Source of the DNA: Candidatus Nanopelagicaceae bacterium
Lineage (GTDB): Bacteria; Actinomycetota; Actinomycetes; Nanopelagicales; Nanopelagicaceae
Assembly: GCA_965268005.1 (NCBI GenBank)
Contig: OZ254130.1
Coordinates: 977,858-1,001,857 of the forward strand
DNA: 24,000 nucleotides
Direction of reading: 5' to 3'
Shown here: positions 1-8,057 of the stretch, piece after piece
How positions within the stretch are numbered: position 1 is the first letter of the stretch
Layout of the letters: each line of letters starts with the position of its first letter
Program-made: the position numbers and the translations under genes
Notes under the pieces: model-generated
The model's database searches: none
Seen by the model: only the letters and a program-made list of their open reading frames with translations
Told to the model about the DNA's origin: nothing

Positions 1-2546
1 GAAAGCTTGCGATAAACATTACGGAGATGGGTCTTCATAGTGTTCTGTGAAATGTGAAGTTGCTTGGCAATTGCGCTAATTGGAATACCTGTCGATAGGT
101 GCTTCAAGATCTCTAATTCACGAGAAGTTAGCTTTTCTTCGAGAGAGCCGGTATCTGCGTTCATCGTTTGTATCCGTTCTGTCATATCTCGAACAAGGTT
201 TTCTACATAAAAGGTTGGATGGATTGCTGCGACTTTTACAAAAAGTGGATAAGTCTTTGTTTGACGTACAAAGGTTTCGTGGAAACCAACTTCAGCGCCA
301 AGGTCAATGGCTTTTTGTAATGATTTCAAGGCAACATGTTCTTGATCTCTAAAGGCGTGGGTTTCAGACATCCACTTAAAAACTTTCTGGCGAGGAGTTT
401 TATCAGGAAGTTTAGATATTACAGAATCAATTTTTTGAATGTTCTTACGAACTTCCGAATTAAATTCAAGCTGCTTCACCATATCAAGTTTTGGCATTCG
501 CTGAATCAATTGATCGGCTCGTTCGTAATCTTCGATGACGTATCTCAAGAAGGCTTCGCTCATATCAATCATCCAACCCATTTGGTTGGTACGAGGAAAT
601 GATGAGAGGTACTTTCGTTGGTCGGAGATTGCAGTGATGGCTGATTCAATCTTTCCAAATGAAACATCAATACGAAGTGTTGAACCTTTAGCTAGGAAAT
701 GCCAAGGCCAGATTCCCCATCGCTTCGAAATATCTGCAACGTTGTTGTAGATTTCAGATGACTTTTCTAAATGGGAAAATTCCAATTCGCAACGTGCCAT
801 AACAATCATCGCATCCATCGCACCGAATATTCCTTTGTATAGACCATTGTCAGCCTGGTTTATCGCAATATTTGCCGCCTCTGCAGCTTGGAAAAATTTT
901 CCTTCCCCAAACAAAGACATGGCCTGCATGCACTTAATTTGGTAGGCCGAATTTACCCAGGTTGTATCGATAAATAGATTGCTAGCAAGATCGTAATAAT
1001 GAGTAACCGTTTCATAATCATCTTGAATAAAAGCCAGATCTGCTGCCAATCGATACAAAGAAATACGATCCTCATTGCGGGCTTTATCCGCAGGGTCGGT
1101 CTTGCTGATTGCCTCCTGAATCTTCTCCTTCGAACGATCCATCTCACCGCGGGCAAAGTAAACATAGGAATTGATCAAAGCAATTTGAGCCTTGCGAGCA
1201 ATCCCGTCTTCATCATCACCGGTTAGAAATAATGCTTCTTCAGCGGTTGCCTCTGCCTTATTGAAATCTAAATTCACCAGATGCCCGATGGCGTTAATAA
1301 TTAATTTTCGCGTTTCTCCTTGAGTCGTTCCATCTCCGGCATATCTTGACCAGCGAATTAATTCATCGCCTCGTCCAATTTGTGCCATTTCGCGAATTCC
1401 AGGGCGCAAAATCTCTGTAAAACGAACTAGGTCGCCCGATTGGAAAGAGTAATTAATTGCTGAGGTCAGATCATTAATTGATACAAAATACTCCGCAAGC
1501 TTCGAGTAGATTTCAAGGTTAGCCTGATTGTTCTTCGAACTTAATTGCGAAAGAGCATCATGAACTATTTGATTAAATTTATATGTTCTACGCAATCCTG
1601 AAGAAACTGTTACAAAAGCCCCGTCTGTAACAAGTTTATTAATGTATGCCTCAGAATAATCCTCACCTAAAACTATTTTTGCACACTCTAAATCAAACTC
1701 TTCCAGCAAGCTCAATCGCAAGAGCTTTGACTGATTTTCTGGCAATAAGGTGCTATAAGTTTCAAGAGCCAAAATTCCTAAGGGGTTACTTGAATTAGCT
1801 GAAAAATCGGTGGAGTGATTCCCCTGTGCAATATTTCGCGAAAGCATCTGCACTGCCGCTGGCCATCCCTCGCAAACTTCTAGAGATTTCAGCGAAGTTT
1901 CGTCATGAACGTCTATGCCATTGAGCTTTGCAACTTTTTCAACTTCATCGCATGAAAATTTTAAATCTTGGCTGGTTATTAAACTCAGATTACCTACCGA
2001 TGCATACCGCGCTAAGGATGTTTCAGGAGTTAGGCGTCTGATCAAAACTAGGTGGATATTTTCTGCCAGGAGATCAACTATTGGTTGAGCAAAATCTGCA
2101 ATACCTGCATTATCAATTCGCCCATTGTCTAAAACAAAGTTAATTGGTTGGTTCAATTGTGCGACTTCAAAGTTAATGGCTTTAATCGCAGTAAATGGAT
2201 CCGAGCTTTGAATCTCTTTATTACCTTTTCCAAACTCAGGAAAGGTGTGTCTGATGCTGCTTAAAACATAACTGGGAAACTCTAAGAATGAGTCATCACT
2301 ATTTACTGTGTACCAAAAAGTCGGGCGGGAATCCTGTGCCGCCCATTCAGCAACTAAAGAGGTTTTGCCGTAACCGGCTGGAGCAACAACCAAAGTGGCA
2401 CCTGGTGTTTCTCGTTGAAATAGAGGAAACAGCCGAGAGCGGGATAGGAAGTTAGCCGGAATCGGAGGGGTGATTGTTCGGCTCAGCGCTAACCCTGCTA
2501 GCCCGTTCGGCTTGATCTCCATGCGTAAAGGGTGATGGGTGATCAT
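1..2546 (-). CDS. Large ATP-binding LuxR-family transcriptional regulator (MalT/LAL type), C-terminal few residues beyond the left window edge
   Basis: The minus-strand frame is open from ATG 2546 (alternative ATG 2522) to nt 1 with no in-window stop, which explains its absence from the ORF track. My translation starts MITHHPLRMEIKPNG. It has a MalT-like Walker A 'LVVAPAGYGKTSLVAEW', a long helical/TPR-like middle, and a LuxR HTH 'LTSRELEILKHLSTGIPISAIAKQLHISQNTMKTHLRNVYRKL' in frame at nt ~131-3. The plus-strand ORFs at 80-1226 are antisense to it. Confidence 0.8.
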   Translation of the reverse strand, partial: MITHHPLRMEIKPNGLAGLALSRTITPPIPANFLSRSRLFPLFQRETPGATLVVAPAGYGKTSLVAEWAAQDSRPTFWYTVNSDDSFLEFPSYVLSSIRHTFPEFGKGNKEIQSSDPFTAIKAINFEVAQLNQPINFVLDNGRIDNAGIADFAQPIVDLLAENIHLVLIRRLTPETSLARYASVGNLSLITSQDLKFSCDEVEKVAKLNGIDVHDETSLKSLEVCEGWPAAVQMLSRNIAQGNHSTDFSANSSNPLGILALETYSTLLPENQSKLLRLSLLEEFDLECAKIVLGEDYSEAYINKLVTDGAFVTVSSGLRRTYKFNQIVHDALSQLSSKNNQANLEIYSKLAEYFVSINDLTSAINYSFQSGDLVRFTEILRPGIREMAQIGRGDELIRWSRYAGDGTTQGETRKLIINAIGHLVNLDFNKAEATAEEALFLTGDDEDGIARKAQIALINSYVYFARGEMDRSKEKIQEAISKTDPADKARNEDRISLYRLAADLAFIQDDYETVTHYYDLASNLFIDTTWVNSAYQIKCMQAMSLFGEGKFFQAAEAANIAINQADNGLYKGIFGAMDAMIVMARCELEFSHLEKSSEIYNNVADISKRWGIWPWHFLAKGSTLRIDVSFGKIESAITAISDQRKYLSSFPRTNQMGWMIDMSEAFLRYVIEDYERADQLIQRMPKLDMVKQLEFNSEVRKNIQKIDSVISKLPDKTPRQKVFKWMSETHAFRDQEHVALKSLQKAIDLGAEVGFHETFVRQTKTYPLFVKVAAIHPTFYVENLVRDMTERIQTMNADTGSLEEKLTSRELEILKHLSTGIPISAIAKQLHISQNTMKTHLRNVYRKL

Positions 2547-2564
2547 GGGTTAATCAAGGTAACC

Positions 2565-2582
2565 TCACCCCATATGGGGTGA
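2565..2582. promoter_or_regulatory. Perfect 18-bp palindrome TCACCCCATATGGGGTGA in a divergent promoter region; candidate operator
   Basis: Read directly; the reverse complement is identical. It lies between the LAL regulator start (2546, minus) and the membrane protein start (2586 or 2634, plus). A second inverted repeat, GGTTA-N7-TAACC, lies at 2548-2564. Confidence 0.35.
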
Positions 2583-2585
2583 TTA

Positions 2586-3209
2586 GTGCAGGTTATTTCC
2601 CTGCAGGGCTACCCTGAGCAGCGTGAGGCGTTCATGATCGATATTGCAGCTTTAGCCACTGCTGTACTGCTCTTTAATCTGATGCCTGCATTTGCCCCAC
2701 CAACGTGGGCTGTACTTGTTTTATTTAGCCTAAACACCGATCTTCACCCAATAGTCATTGTGGGGGTCGGGGCAATATTTGCAGGCACAGGTCGTTACTT
2801 GCTGGCACGTGCAACAGGATTATTTCGAAATCGAATTAGCAAAAAATCCTTAAGCAACTTAGAAGCTGCACAAACTCTGCTTACTGAAAATACATCTCGC
2901 AAGGTGCTGACAATTGGCTTATTTGTTTTATCACCTTTGCCATCGGCTCAACTTTTTGAGGCAGCGGGATTAATGGGTGTCCGGTTGCTGCCATTGACCG
3001 TGGCTTTCTTTTCAGGCCGGTTAGTCACTTACAACTTTTATGTTTTTGGAGCGAGCGAATTAAAGGCTCATGGGATTGGCGATCTGATTACAAAAGAATT
3101 TAAATCAGTTTGGGCAATACTTTTTCAAATACTTATGATTACTTCAGTGGTACTTCTAACAAGGATTGATTGGAAAAAGTACTTACCTACAAAGCCAAGT
3201 TCTTCTTGA
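2586..3209 (+). CDS. Integral membrane protein, possibly DedA/YqaA-like (VTT-type); function unknown
   Basis: 207-aa ORF (GTG start) with several hydrophobic segments and the motif 'LMPAFAPPTWAVLVLF'. An internal ATG at 2634 (MIDIAALATAVLL), preceded by GAGG, is an equally plausible start. The 3' end overlaps the convergent DinB gene by 23 nt. Confidence 0.55.
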   Translation: MQVISLQGYPEQREAFMIDIAALATAVLLFNLMPAFAPPTWAVLVLFSLNTDLHPIVIVGVGAIFAGTGRYLLARATGLFRNRISKKSLSNLEAAQTLLTENTSRKVLTIGLFVLSPLPSAQLFEAAGLMGVRLLPLTVAFFSGRLVTYNFYVFGASELKAHGIGDLITKEFKSVWAILFQILMITSVVLLTRIDWKKYLPTKPSSS

Positions 3210-3648
3210 TTTGCTCTGCGTGATCATTTCCGTGACGTGTGTAGGTTTCTAGCCAACGCTTTAGTGAGTACTCACCAGCTTCGGTGTGAGTTCCTTTTAA
3301 TTCAAGTTGATCCGGAGTTAGGCGCTGAATAATGTCCAGTGATGCTGCGCGTACTGATTTAAATACAGCGATCGAATTTTCAACGGGAAGAGTTGTGTAA
3401 CCAAGAGTCTCATTCTTAGCCCACATTCCTTCTTCATACCCCTGAATTACAGGGTTTGGCTCTGCAACTAATCTGCGAAGGCGTGCATATGACTGCGCCT
3501 CACTGTCTGCACAGTGGTGAATGACTTGGCGAGAACTCCAATCCTCCCCCGCATGAACATCTAACTTAGATTCAGGTACAGATGTCGCGATTGCTAGAAA
3601 CTCTTGTGTGGCAGCTTCATATGCTGCTGCTAATTCTTGAATACTCAT
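3187..3648 (-). CDS. DinB-family (DinB_2-like) metal-dependent four-helix-bundle protein
   Basis: 153-aa ORF with His-containing motifs typical of the DinB superfamily: 'SRQVIHHCADSEAQSYARLRRL' and C-terminal 'RHGNDHAEQIKKNL'. An AAGGA Shine-Dalgarno sits 8 nt upstream of the ATG. Confidence 0.75.
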   Translation of the reverse strand: MSIQELAAAYEAATQEFLAIATSVPESKLDVHAGEDWSSRQVIHHCADSEAQSYARLRRLVAEPNPVIQGYEEGMWAKNETLGYTTLPVENSIAVFKSVRAASLDIIQRLTPDQLELKGTHTEAGEYSLKRWLETYTRHGNDHAEQIKKNLAL

Positions 3649-3650
3649 TG

Positions 3651-3800
3651 CTAACGTCCTTGAACGCTGTGTTGCCCGCGAGGTTCAATCATGTGTCCAT
3701 CATCTTCAACCTTGTCTACAAGTAGCACGACGATGACGACTAAAAGGCCTGCAATAACTGCAAGTAGTGCCGTTGCTGTCTTATCTAGATTAATCTGCAT
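3651..3800 (-). CDS. Small single-pass membrane protein (49 aa), below the ORF-track size cutoff
   Basis: My translation is MQINLDKTATALLAVIAGLLVVIVVLLVDKVEDDGHMIEPRGQHSVQGR*. A strong SD, AGGAAGAGGA, lies upstream of ATG 3800. The TAG stop at 3651-3653 is 2 nt from the DinB start, suggesting translational coupling. Confidence 0.45.
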   Translation of the reverse strand: MQINLDKTATALLAVIAGLLVVIVVLLVDKVEDDGHMIEPRGQHSVQGR

Positions 3801-3842
3801 GATGTCCTCTTCCTGTGTGCGTTTAGTGTATCCCCACAGATA

Positions 3843-3881
3843 GAAAAAGAACGGCGACTAGGTTTCCCCAGCCGCCGTTCT
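3843..3881 (-). terminator. Rho-independent terminator downstream of pstS
   Basis: On the minus strand the sequence reads GAACGGCGGCT-GGGGAAACCT-AGTCGCCGTTC followed by TTTTTC. It lies about 20 nt after the pstS stop. Confidence 0.7.
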
Positions 3882-3901
3882 ATACCCTCGTTAAAGAATA
3901 T

Positions 3902-5050
3902 TTAGCCGATCTTTGCAACCTGAGCGAGTGACTTCTTAAGAAGCTCACCATCGATTACAGAGAATCCAAGAGCTCCACCGACATCCTTTGAACACTTCGT
4001 ACTCAAGATGTAGTTTGCGAACTCCTTAACAGCCTTAGCCTTTGCTGCATCTGGATACTTAGTATCTGCAAGAAGGTAAGAAACGATACCTAGTGGGTAA
4101 GCGCCCTTTTCCTTAGTTGCATAATCGTAAGTTAGGTATCCGTTTGCATCCTGTGATGCTGATGCAAGGAATGCACCAACACCAGTTGAATCTGGCGCAA
4201 CAGATGATCCTGCCGGGTTGATCAAGTTAGCGATCTTCAACTTGTTAGCTGCTGCATAGTTAACTTCAGCATATGTGATTGAGTAAGGAGTCTTACCAGC
4301 GAGCTGAGCAACTCCAGTTGAAGATGCTGCACCAACAACGCGACCAAGGTTTGCAACATCATTGATGTTTCCTGGGAATGAATCCTTGAACACCTTGTTC
4401 TTCGACTTTGTCCAAACAGAGCCAGCTGACTTGTTTAGGTAGTTTGTGAAGTTTTCTGAAGTACCTGATGAATCTGAACGATACACAACCTTGATTGGCT
4501 GGTTAGGCATTGTGTAGTGACCTGTAATTGTCTGAGTACGTAGAACAACTGGGTTGCCCTTTGCATCCTTTGCAGGGTTGCCGTTCTTATCTAGCTTGTA
4601 AACAGTCTTTACGGTTGAACGGTTGTTATCAGCAACGATCGCTGGATCATTCCAACGGGTAATTGTTCCAGCGAAGATTCCTGCAACTGTTGCTGCTGAA
4701 AGATTAAGGGTTGTCTTTGCTGGCAAGTTGTGAAGGATTGCAATTGGAGCTGCAACTAGTGGAACGTGGATGAGTGAAGAACGCTTTGTTGATGCTGTGT
4801 AAGCACCATCAGACATCCAGAAGTCACCAATTGACTTATCTGAGTTTGATTGTCCTGTACCTGATGATGATGAAGCGTAAACATATGTGTGTGCTGTGCT
4901 TGATGCGAAACCAGCTTTGCAACCTTCGATCAAAAGCGCTGGAAAAGATGCGCCTGAACCTTGAAGATCAACTGCATAAGCTGGAGTTCCTGCTACCAAA
5001 CCGAACGCGAGTGCAAGTGATGCAACCTTCGCGAGCTTTGAAATTCTCAT
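3902..5050 (-). CDS. pstS: Phosphate ABC transporter substrate-binding protein PstS
   Basis: The ORF-track protein carries PstS-type motifs ('LQGSGASFPALL', 'YRSDSSGTSENFTNYL'). I prefer the start at ATG 5050 (MRISKLAKVASLALAFGLVAGTPAYA-VD signal peptide), preceded by the SD GAGGGGAAG, over the tracked start at 5086. Confidence 0.9.
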   Translation of the reverse strand: MRISKLAKVASLALAFGLVAGTPAYAVDLQGSGASFPALLIEGCKAGFASSTAHTYVYASSSSGTGQSNSDKSIGDFWMSDGAYTASTKRSSLIHVPLVAAPIAILHNLPAKTTLNLSAATVAGIFAGTITRWNDPAIVADNNRSTVKTVYKLDKNGNPAKDAKGNPVVLRTQTITGHYTMPNQPIKVVYRSDSSGTSENFTNYLNKSAGSVWTKSKNKVFKDSFPGNINDVANLGRVVGAASSTGVAQLAGKTPYSITYAEVNYAAANKLKIANLINPAGSSVAPDSTGVGAFLASASQDANGYLTYDYATKEKGAYPLGIVSYLLADTKYPDAAKAKAVKEFANYILSTKCSKDVGGALGFSVIDGELLKKSLAQVAKIG

Positions 5051-5085
5051 GTACTTCCCCTCATAGATGTTTGAACTACGGGGCA

Positions 5086-5162
5086 AACCTATGGAGCGAA
5101 AATGAACGAAGAGCGCTCGGAATCCGAACGCTCTTCGACATTTAGGTGAACAGTAAGTAAAC
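5086..5162 (-). promoter_or_regulatory. Candidate PHO-box array (six 11-nt units, four with GTTyry cores) plus a -10 TAGGTT for pstS
   Basis: Minus-strand units are GTTTACTTACT(5162) GTTCACCTAAA(5151) TGTCGAAGAGC GTTCGGATTCC(5129) GAGCGCTCTTC GTTCATTTTCG(5107). These are followed by CTCCA and then TAGGTT (5091-5086). The cores lie at 11/22/22-nt spacing. The last-unit-5 nt-TAGGTT geometry is identical to that upstream of phoU. Confidence 0.5.
5107..5137 (-). terminator. Strong hairpin between pstB and pstS; possible partial terminator or attenuator, overlapping the PHO-box array
   Basis: A 9-bp stem CGAAGAGCG/CGCTCTTCG (5107-5115 with 5129-5137) is extended by an inner 4-bp stem TCGG/CCGA. 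On the minus strand it is followed by TTCATTTTCG. Confidence 0.4.
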
Positions 5163-5165
5163 GAT

Positions 5166-6038
5166 TTAGCCGAATCGACCCGTCACGTAGTTTTCTGTGC
5201 GCTGATCCTTTGGTCGAGAGAAGATCTCGCTTGTTGGGGCGCATTCGACCATTTGACCGGGACCGCCATCGGAAAGGAAGAATGCTGTGTAATCAGATAC
5301 ACGTGCTGCCTGCTGCATATTGTGAGTCACGATAACGATTGTCATAGTGTCTGACAGGTGGCGAATAGTTTCTTCGATGCGAAGCGTTGAACCTGGGTCA
5401 AGTGCAGAACATGGTTCATCCATCAATAGAACTTGCGGGCGAACCGCTAGCGCACGTGCAATACATAGTCGTTGCTGCTGACCACCTGAAAGTGATCCAC
5501 CATGTGCGCCAAGGCGATCCTTCACTTCATTCCAAAGTCCTGCACGCTCTAGGCACTCTTCAAGAAGGTCATCCTTATTTTCAACCTTAAGTTGAGCAAG
5601 CTTTAATCCCGACAAAACATTCTCGCCAATAGACATTGATGGGAATGGGTTTGGCTTCTGAAATACCATTCCGATTTGTAAGCGAATCTTTGTTACATCT
5701 GTTCCTGGTGCATAAACATCTTTGCCATCTAGCAATACTTCGCCGGCCATGGCAGCACCTGGAATGAACTCGTGCATGCGATTGATTGTGCGAATGAATG
5801 TTGATTTACCGCAACCAGATGGTCCAATAAGCGCGGTTACTGTTCCTGCACCAAAGTTCAGATTGATGTCAGCAAGTGCGTGATGCTTTCCGAACCATGC
5901 ATGGATGCCACGTGTTTCTAGACCGGTACCCAAGGCACGCGTGCCAGGTACCTTTCCATTTGCGTTAGCAACATCGGCCAATGAACTTGGGCGAACCGCT
6001 GTATCCATGGTGTTCTCGCTTTCTTGTGAGTTAATCAT
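5166..6038 (-). CDS. pstB: Phosphate ABC transporter ATP-binding protein PstB
   Basis: Motifs present: Walker A 'GPSGCGKST', ABC signature 'LSGGQQQRL', Walker B '[11 protein letters not shown]'. I prefer the start at ATG 6038, which forms an ATGA overlap with the pstA stop. ATG 6008 (MDTAVRP) is an alternative. The tracked start at 6122 would overlap pstA by about 90 nt. Confidence 0.9.
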   Translation of the reverse strand: MINSQESENTMDTAVRPSSLADVANANGKVPGTRALGTGLETRGIHAWFGKHHALADINLNFGAGTVTALIGPSGCGKSTFIRTINRMHEFIPGAAMAGEVLLDGKDVYAPGTDVTKIRLQIGMVFQKPNPFPSMSIGENVLSGLKLAQLKVENKDDLLEECLERAGLWNEVKDRLGAHGGSLSGGQQQRLCIARALAVRPQVLLMDEPCSALDPGSTLRIEETIRHLSDTMTIVIVTHNMQQAARVSDYTAFFLSDGGPGQMVECAPTSEIFSRPKDQRTENYVTGRFG

Positions 6039-7078
6039 TTGGCACCTTTTCGTGAACCTAGATAACGTGCCGATGTAAACAGAATTAGTACAAGTCCTAC
6101 TAGAACCAATAAACCAGCCCATGCACGAGTAAGTGCTTCTGGTGAGCCAGCGTTAAATGACTTCCAGATGTAATACGGCAAAGAACCCATTGGGCCATTA
6201 AATGCATTTGGATTTACCTTGTCGCCACCACCGGTAAGCAACAGAATTGGCGCAGTTTCTCCGGCAATGCGAGCTACTCCAAGAATTACCGCAGTGATCA
6301 AACCGCTCTTAGCAGCTGGCAAGACAATCATTGCCACAGTGCGCCACTGAGTTCCACCAAGTGCAACGCCAGCTTCACGAAGATCATTTGGGATTAGATT
6401 CAAAACTTCTTCAGAGGTTCTAGCGATTGTTGGAATCATCAAGATTGTTAAAGCAAGGGCTCCCATGAATCCTGAGTATGCCTTTGTTATTGGATATAGG
6501 ACAGCTGACAAAATGAATAATCCAGCAACGATTGATGGAACACCGCTCATCGCTTGTACTAAGAATCGAATCGGTCCTGTGAAACGACCCTTGATCTCAG
6601 TGAGATACAGAGCGGTAAGAATTCCGATAGGTACGCTCATGATTAGTGCGAGTGCAACCAAAGTTATTGTTCCTGTGATTGCGTGCAGCAGTCCACCATT
6701 TGAAAGTGGATCTGTCGGTGTCGCCATAGACATATCGTGCGTAAAGATATTTAACTTAATACCAGGCAAACCCTTTTGTAGCACTGTAAATAAGATACTT
6801 GCAATTGGCATTACGGTAACGATTGCACCAATTGCAACAACTGAATTTACAAGTGCATCTTTAGCAGCAGCACTTCCACGTTGAATTCCCTTAAGCGATG
6901 CGGTTAAACCCATGTAAACGAAGAAGAAAACCGCAAAAAGTGCAAGCTTTCCCTTCATTGGGGTAATCGCAACTACTGCATATGAAGAAAGTAATGAAGC
7001 GATGAAGATGCTTAGATCGACTAATCGATCCTTCTTTGAAGCCTTCCAAGGCTTAGTTGGCTGCACAGTTGTACTCAT
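6035..7078 (-). CDS. pstA: Phosphate ABC transporter permease PstA
   Basis: 347-aa polytopic membrane protein with a PstA-type '[10 protein letters not shown]' region and the EAA-loop-like '[15 protein letters not shown]'. Its start overlaps the pstC stop in a 4-nt ATGA. Confidence 0.9.
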   Translation of the reverse strand: MSTTVQPTKPWKASKKDRLVDLSIFIASLLSSYAVVAITPMKGKLALFAVFFFVYMGLTASLKGIQRGSAAAKDALVNSVVAIGAIVTVMPIASILFTVLQKGLPGIKLNIFTHDMSMATPTDPLSNGGLLHAITGTITLVALALIMSVPIGILTALYLTEIKGRFTGPIRFLVQAMSGVPSIVAGLFILSAVLYPITKAYSGFMGALALTILMIPTIARTSEEVLNLIPNDLREAGVALGGTQWRTVAMIVLPAAKSGLITAVILGVARIAGETAPILLLTGGGDKVNPNAFNGPMGSLPYYIWKSFNAGSPEALTRAWAGLLVLVGLVLILFTSARYLGSRKGAK

Positions 7079-8052
7079 CGTCCCGACTTTCCTGTGCGCT
7101 TAACAATGACATTTGCAAGAGCGTTGACAACAAGTGTTAGCAAGAACAGAACCAAGCCGGCTGCCATAAGTGCCTTGATTTCATATGGGCTTGCATCGCC
7201 AAATTTCAAAATAATTAATGAGGCAACGTTTCCACCTGCGCCCAAAAGCACATGCCAGTTGACCTGGAAAACAATATTTAACACGGTGAAGACGGCAACG
7301 GTTTCACCCATTGCGCGACCAAGTCCCAACATCGCTCCACCAATGACACCACTGCGACCATGAGGAATAACAACAGCTTTGATCATTGCCCAACGTGTTG
7401 CGCCAAGTGCATATGCGGCTTGAATTCGATCGAGTGGTGCTTGTGAAAATACTTCACGAGAAACTGAAGTAATGATCGGAATAATCATGATTGCTAGAAC
7501 TACACCTGCAACGAACGGTGATCGGGTGTAGACCGGAACCTGCATATCAAATACAGGAATCCATCCAAGGTAACGATGTAAAAGCTTTGCCCAGTATTCA
7601 ACGCTGGGCATTAGAACTAAGAAGCCCCAAATACCAAACAAGATTGATGGAAATGCAGCCATCATGTCGATGATCGCAACCAAGAACTTCTTCAACCAAC
7701 CTGGCGCGTAGAAGTTAAGGAATAACGCTGAAAAAACCGAGATTGGCAAGGCAATAACCACTGCAACCAATGCGCAAAGAATTGTGCCCACAAGCATCGC
7801 TGCAAGACCAAAATGGCTTTCAGTTACATTGCCGGCGTCATCTGTACTAATTGACCAATCGGCGTGAGTAATGAAGCCAATGCCTTCTTGACGTAGTACT
7901 TCAAAGCCGCGATATCCCAAGAAGATTGCAATCAATCCAAGGATTACGAGTGAAGAAACTCCTCCGGCTGTAACAACAGCGCGAAAAATCTTGTCTGAAC
8001 GACGTGGTTCAGTAGTTAATTCGCGAGGTGATGGTGGAACAAGTGTGGTCAA
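7075..8052 (-). CDS. pstC: Phosphate ABC transporter permease PstC
   Basis: 325-aa polytopic membrane protein with the PstC-like 'MMAAFPSILFGIWGF' and 'AAYALGATRWAMI'. It starts 5 nt after the phoU stop. Confidence 0.9.
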   Translation of the reverse strand: MTTLVPPSPRELTTEPRRSDKIFRAVVTAGGVSSLVILGLIAIFLGYRGFEVLRQEGIGFITHADWSISTDDAGNVTESHFGLAAMLVGTILCALVAVVIALPISVFSALFLNFYAPGWLKKFLVAIIDMMAAFPSILFGIWGFLVLMPSVEYWAKLLHRYLGWIPVFDMQVPVYTRSPFVAGVVLAIMIIPIITSVSREVFSQAPLDRIQAAYALGATRWAMIKAVVIPHGRSGVIGGAMLGLGRAMGETVAVFTVLNIVFQVNWHVLLGAGGNVASLIILKFGDASPYEIKALMAAGLVLFLLTLVVNALANVIVKRTGKSGR

Positions 8053-8057
8053 TTTGC

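Noticed and set aside
80-1226. Five plus-strand ORFs of 70-90 aa listed in the ORF track
   Set aside because: All lie antisense to the long, motif-rich minus-strand LAL regulator frame. Their translations are low-complexity, Leu/Arg/Phe-rich and motif-free.
3187-3209. Convergent gene-end overlaps (23 nt here; 11 nt at 12820-12830)
   Set aside because: Short 3'-3' overlaps are common in compact genomes, and no additional signal was seen in them.
5116-5130. GTTCGGATTCC resembles a tRNA T-arm; the 18877-18946 element was also checked for a cloverleaf
   Set aside because: - Neither has an acceptor, D or anticodon arm of correct geometry around it.
- In the 70-nt element the loops are 4 and 9 nt instead of 7.
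- Neither is a tRNA.
5166-6122. Long (318-aa) version of PstB, and long (394-aa, start 5086) version of PstS
   Set aside because: - The PstB extension overlaps pstA by ~90 nt and adds non-homologous residues. The ATGA-coupled ATG at 6038 (or 6008) fits PstB family length.
- The PstS extension precedes the signal peptide and lacks an RBS, whereas ATG 5050 has GAGGGGAAG upstream.
4774-7673. Plus-strand ORFs (123, 67, 139, 89 and 60 aa) inside pstS, pstB, pstA and pstC
   Set aside because: They are antisense shadows of clearly identified Pst genes. They have no RBS and no recognisable motifs.
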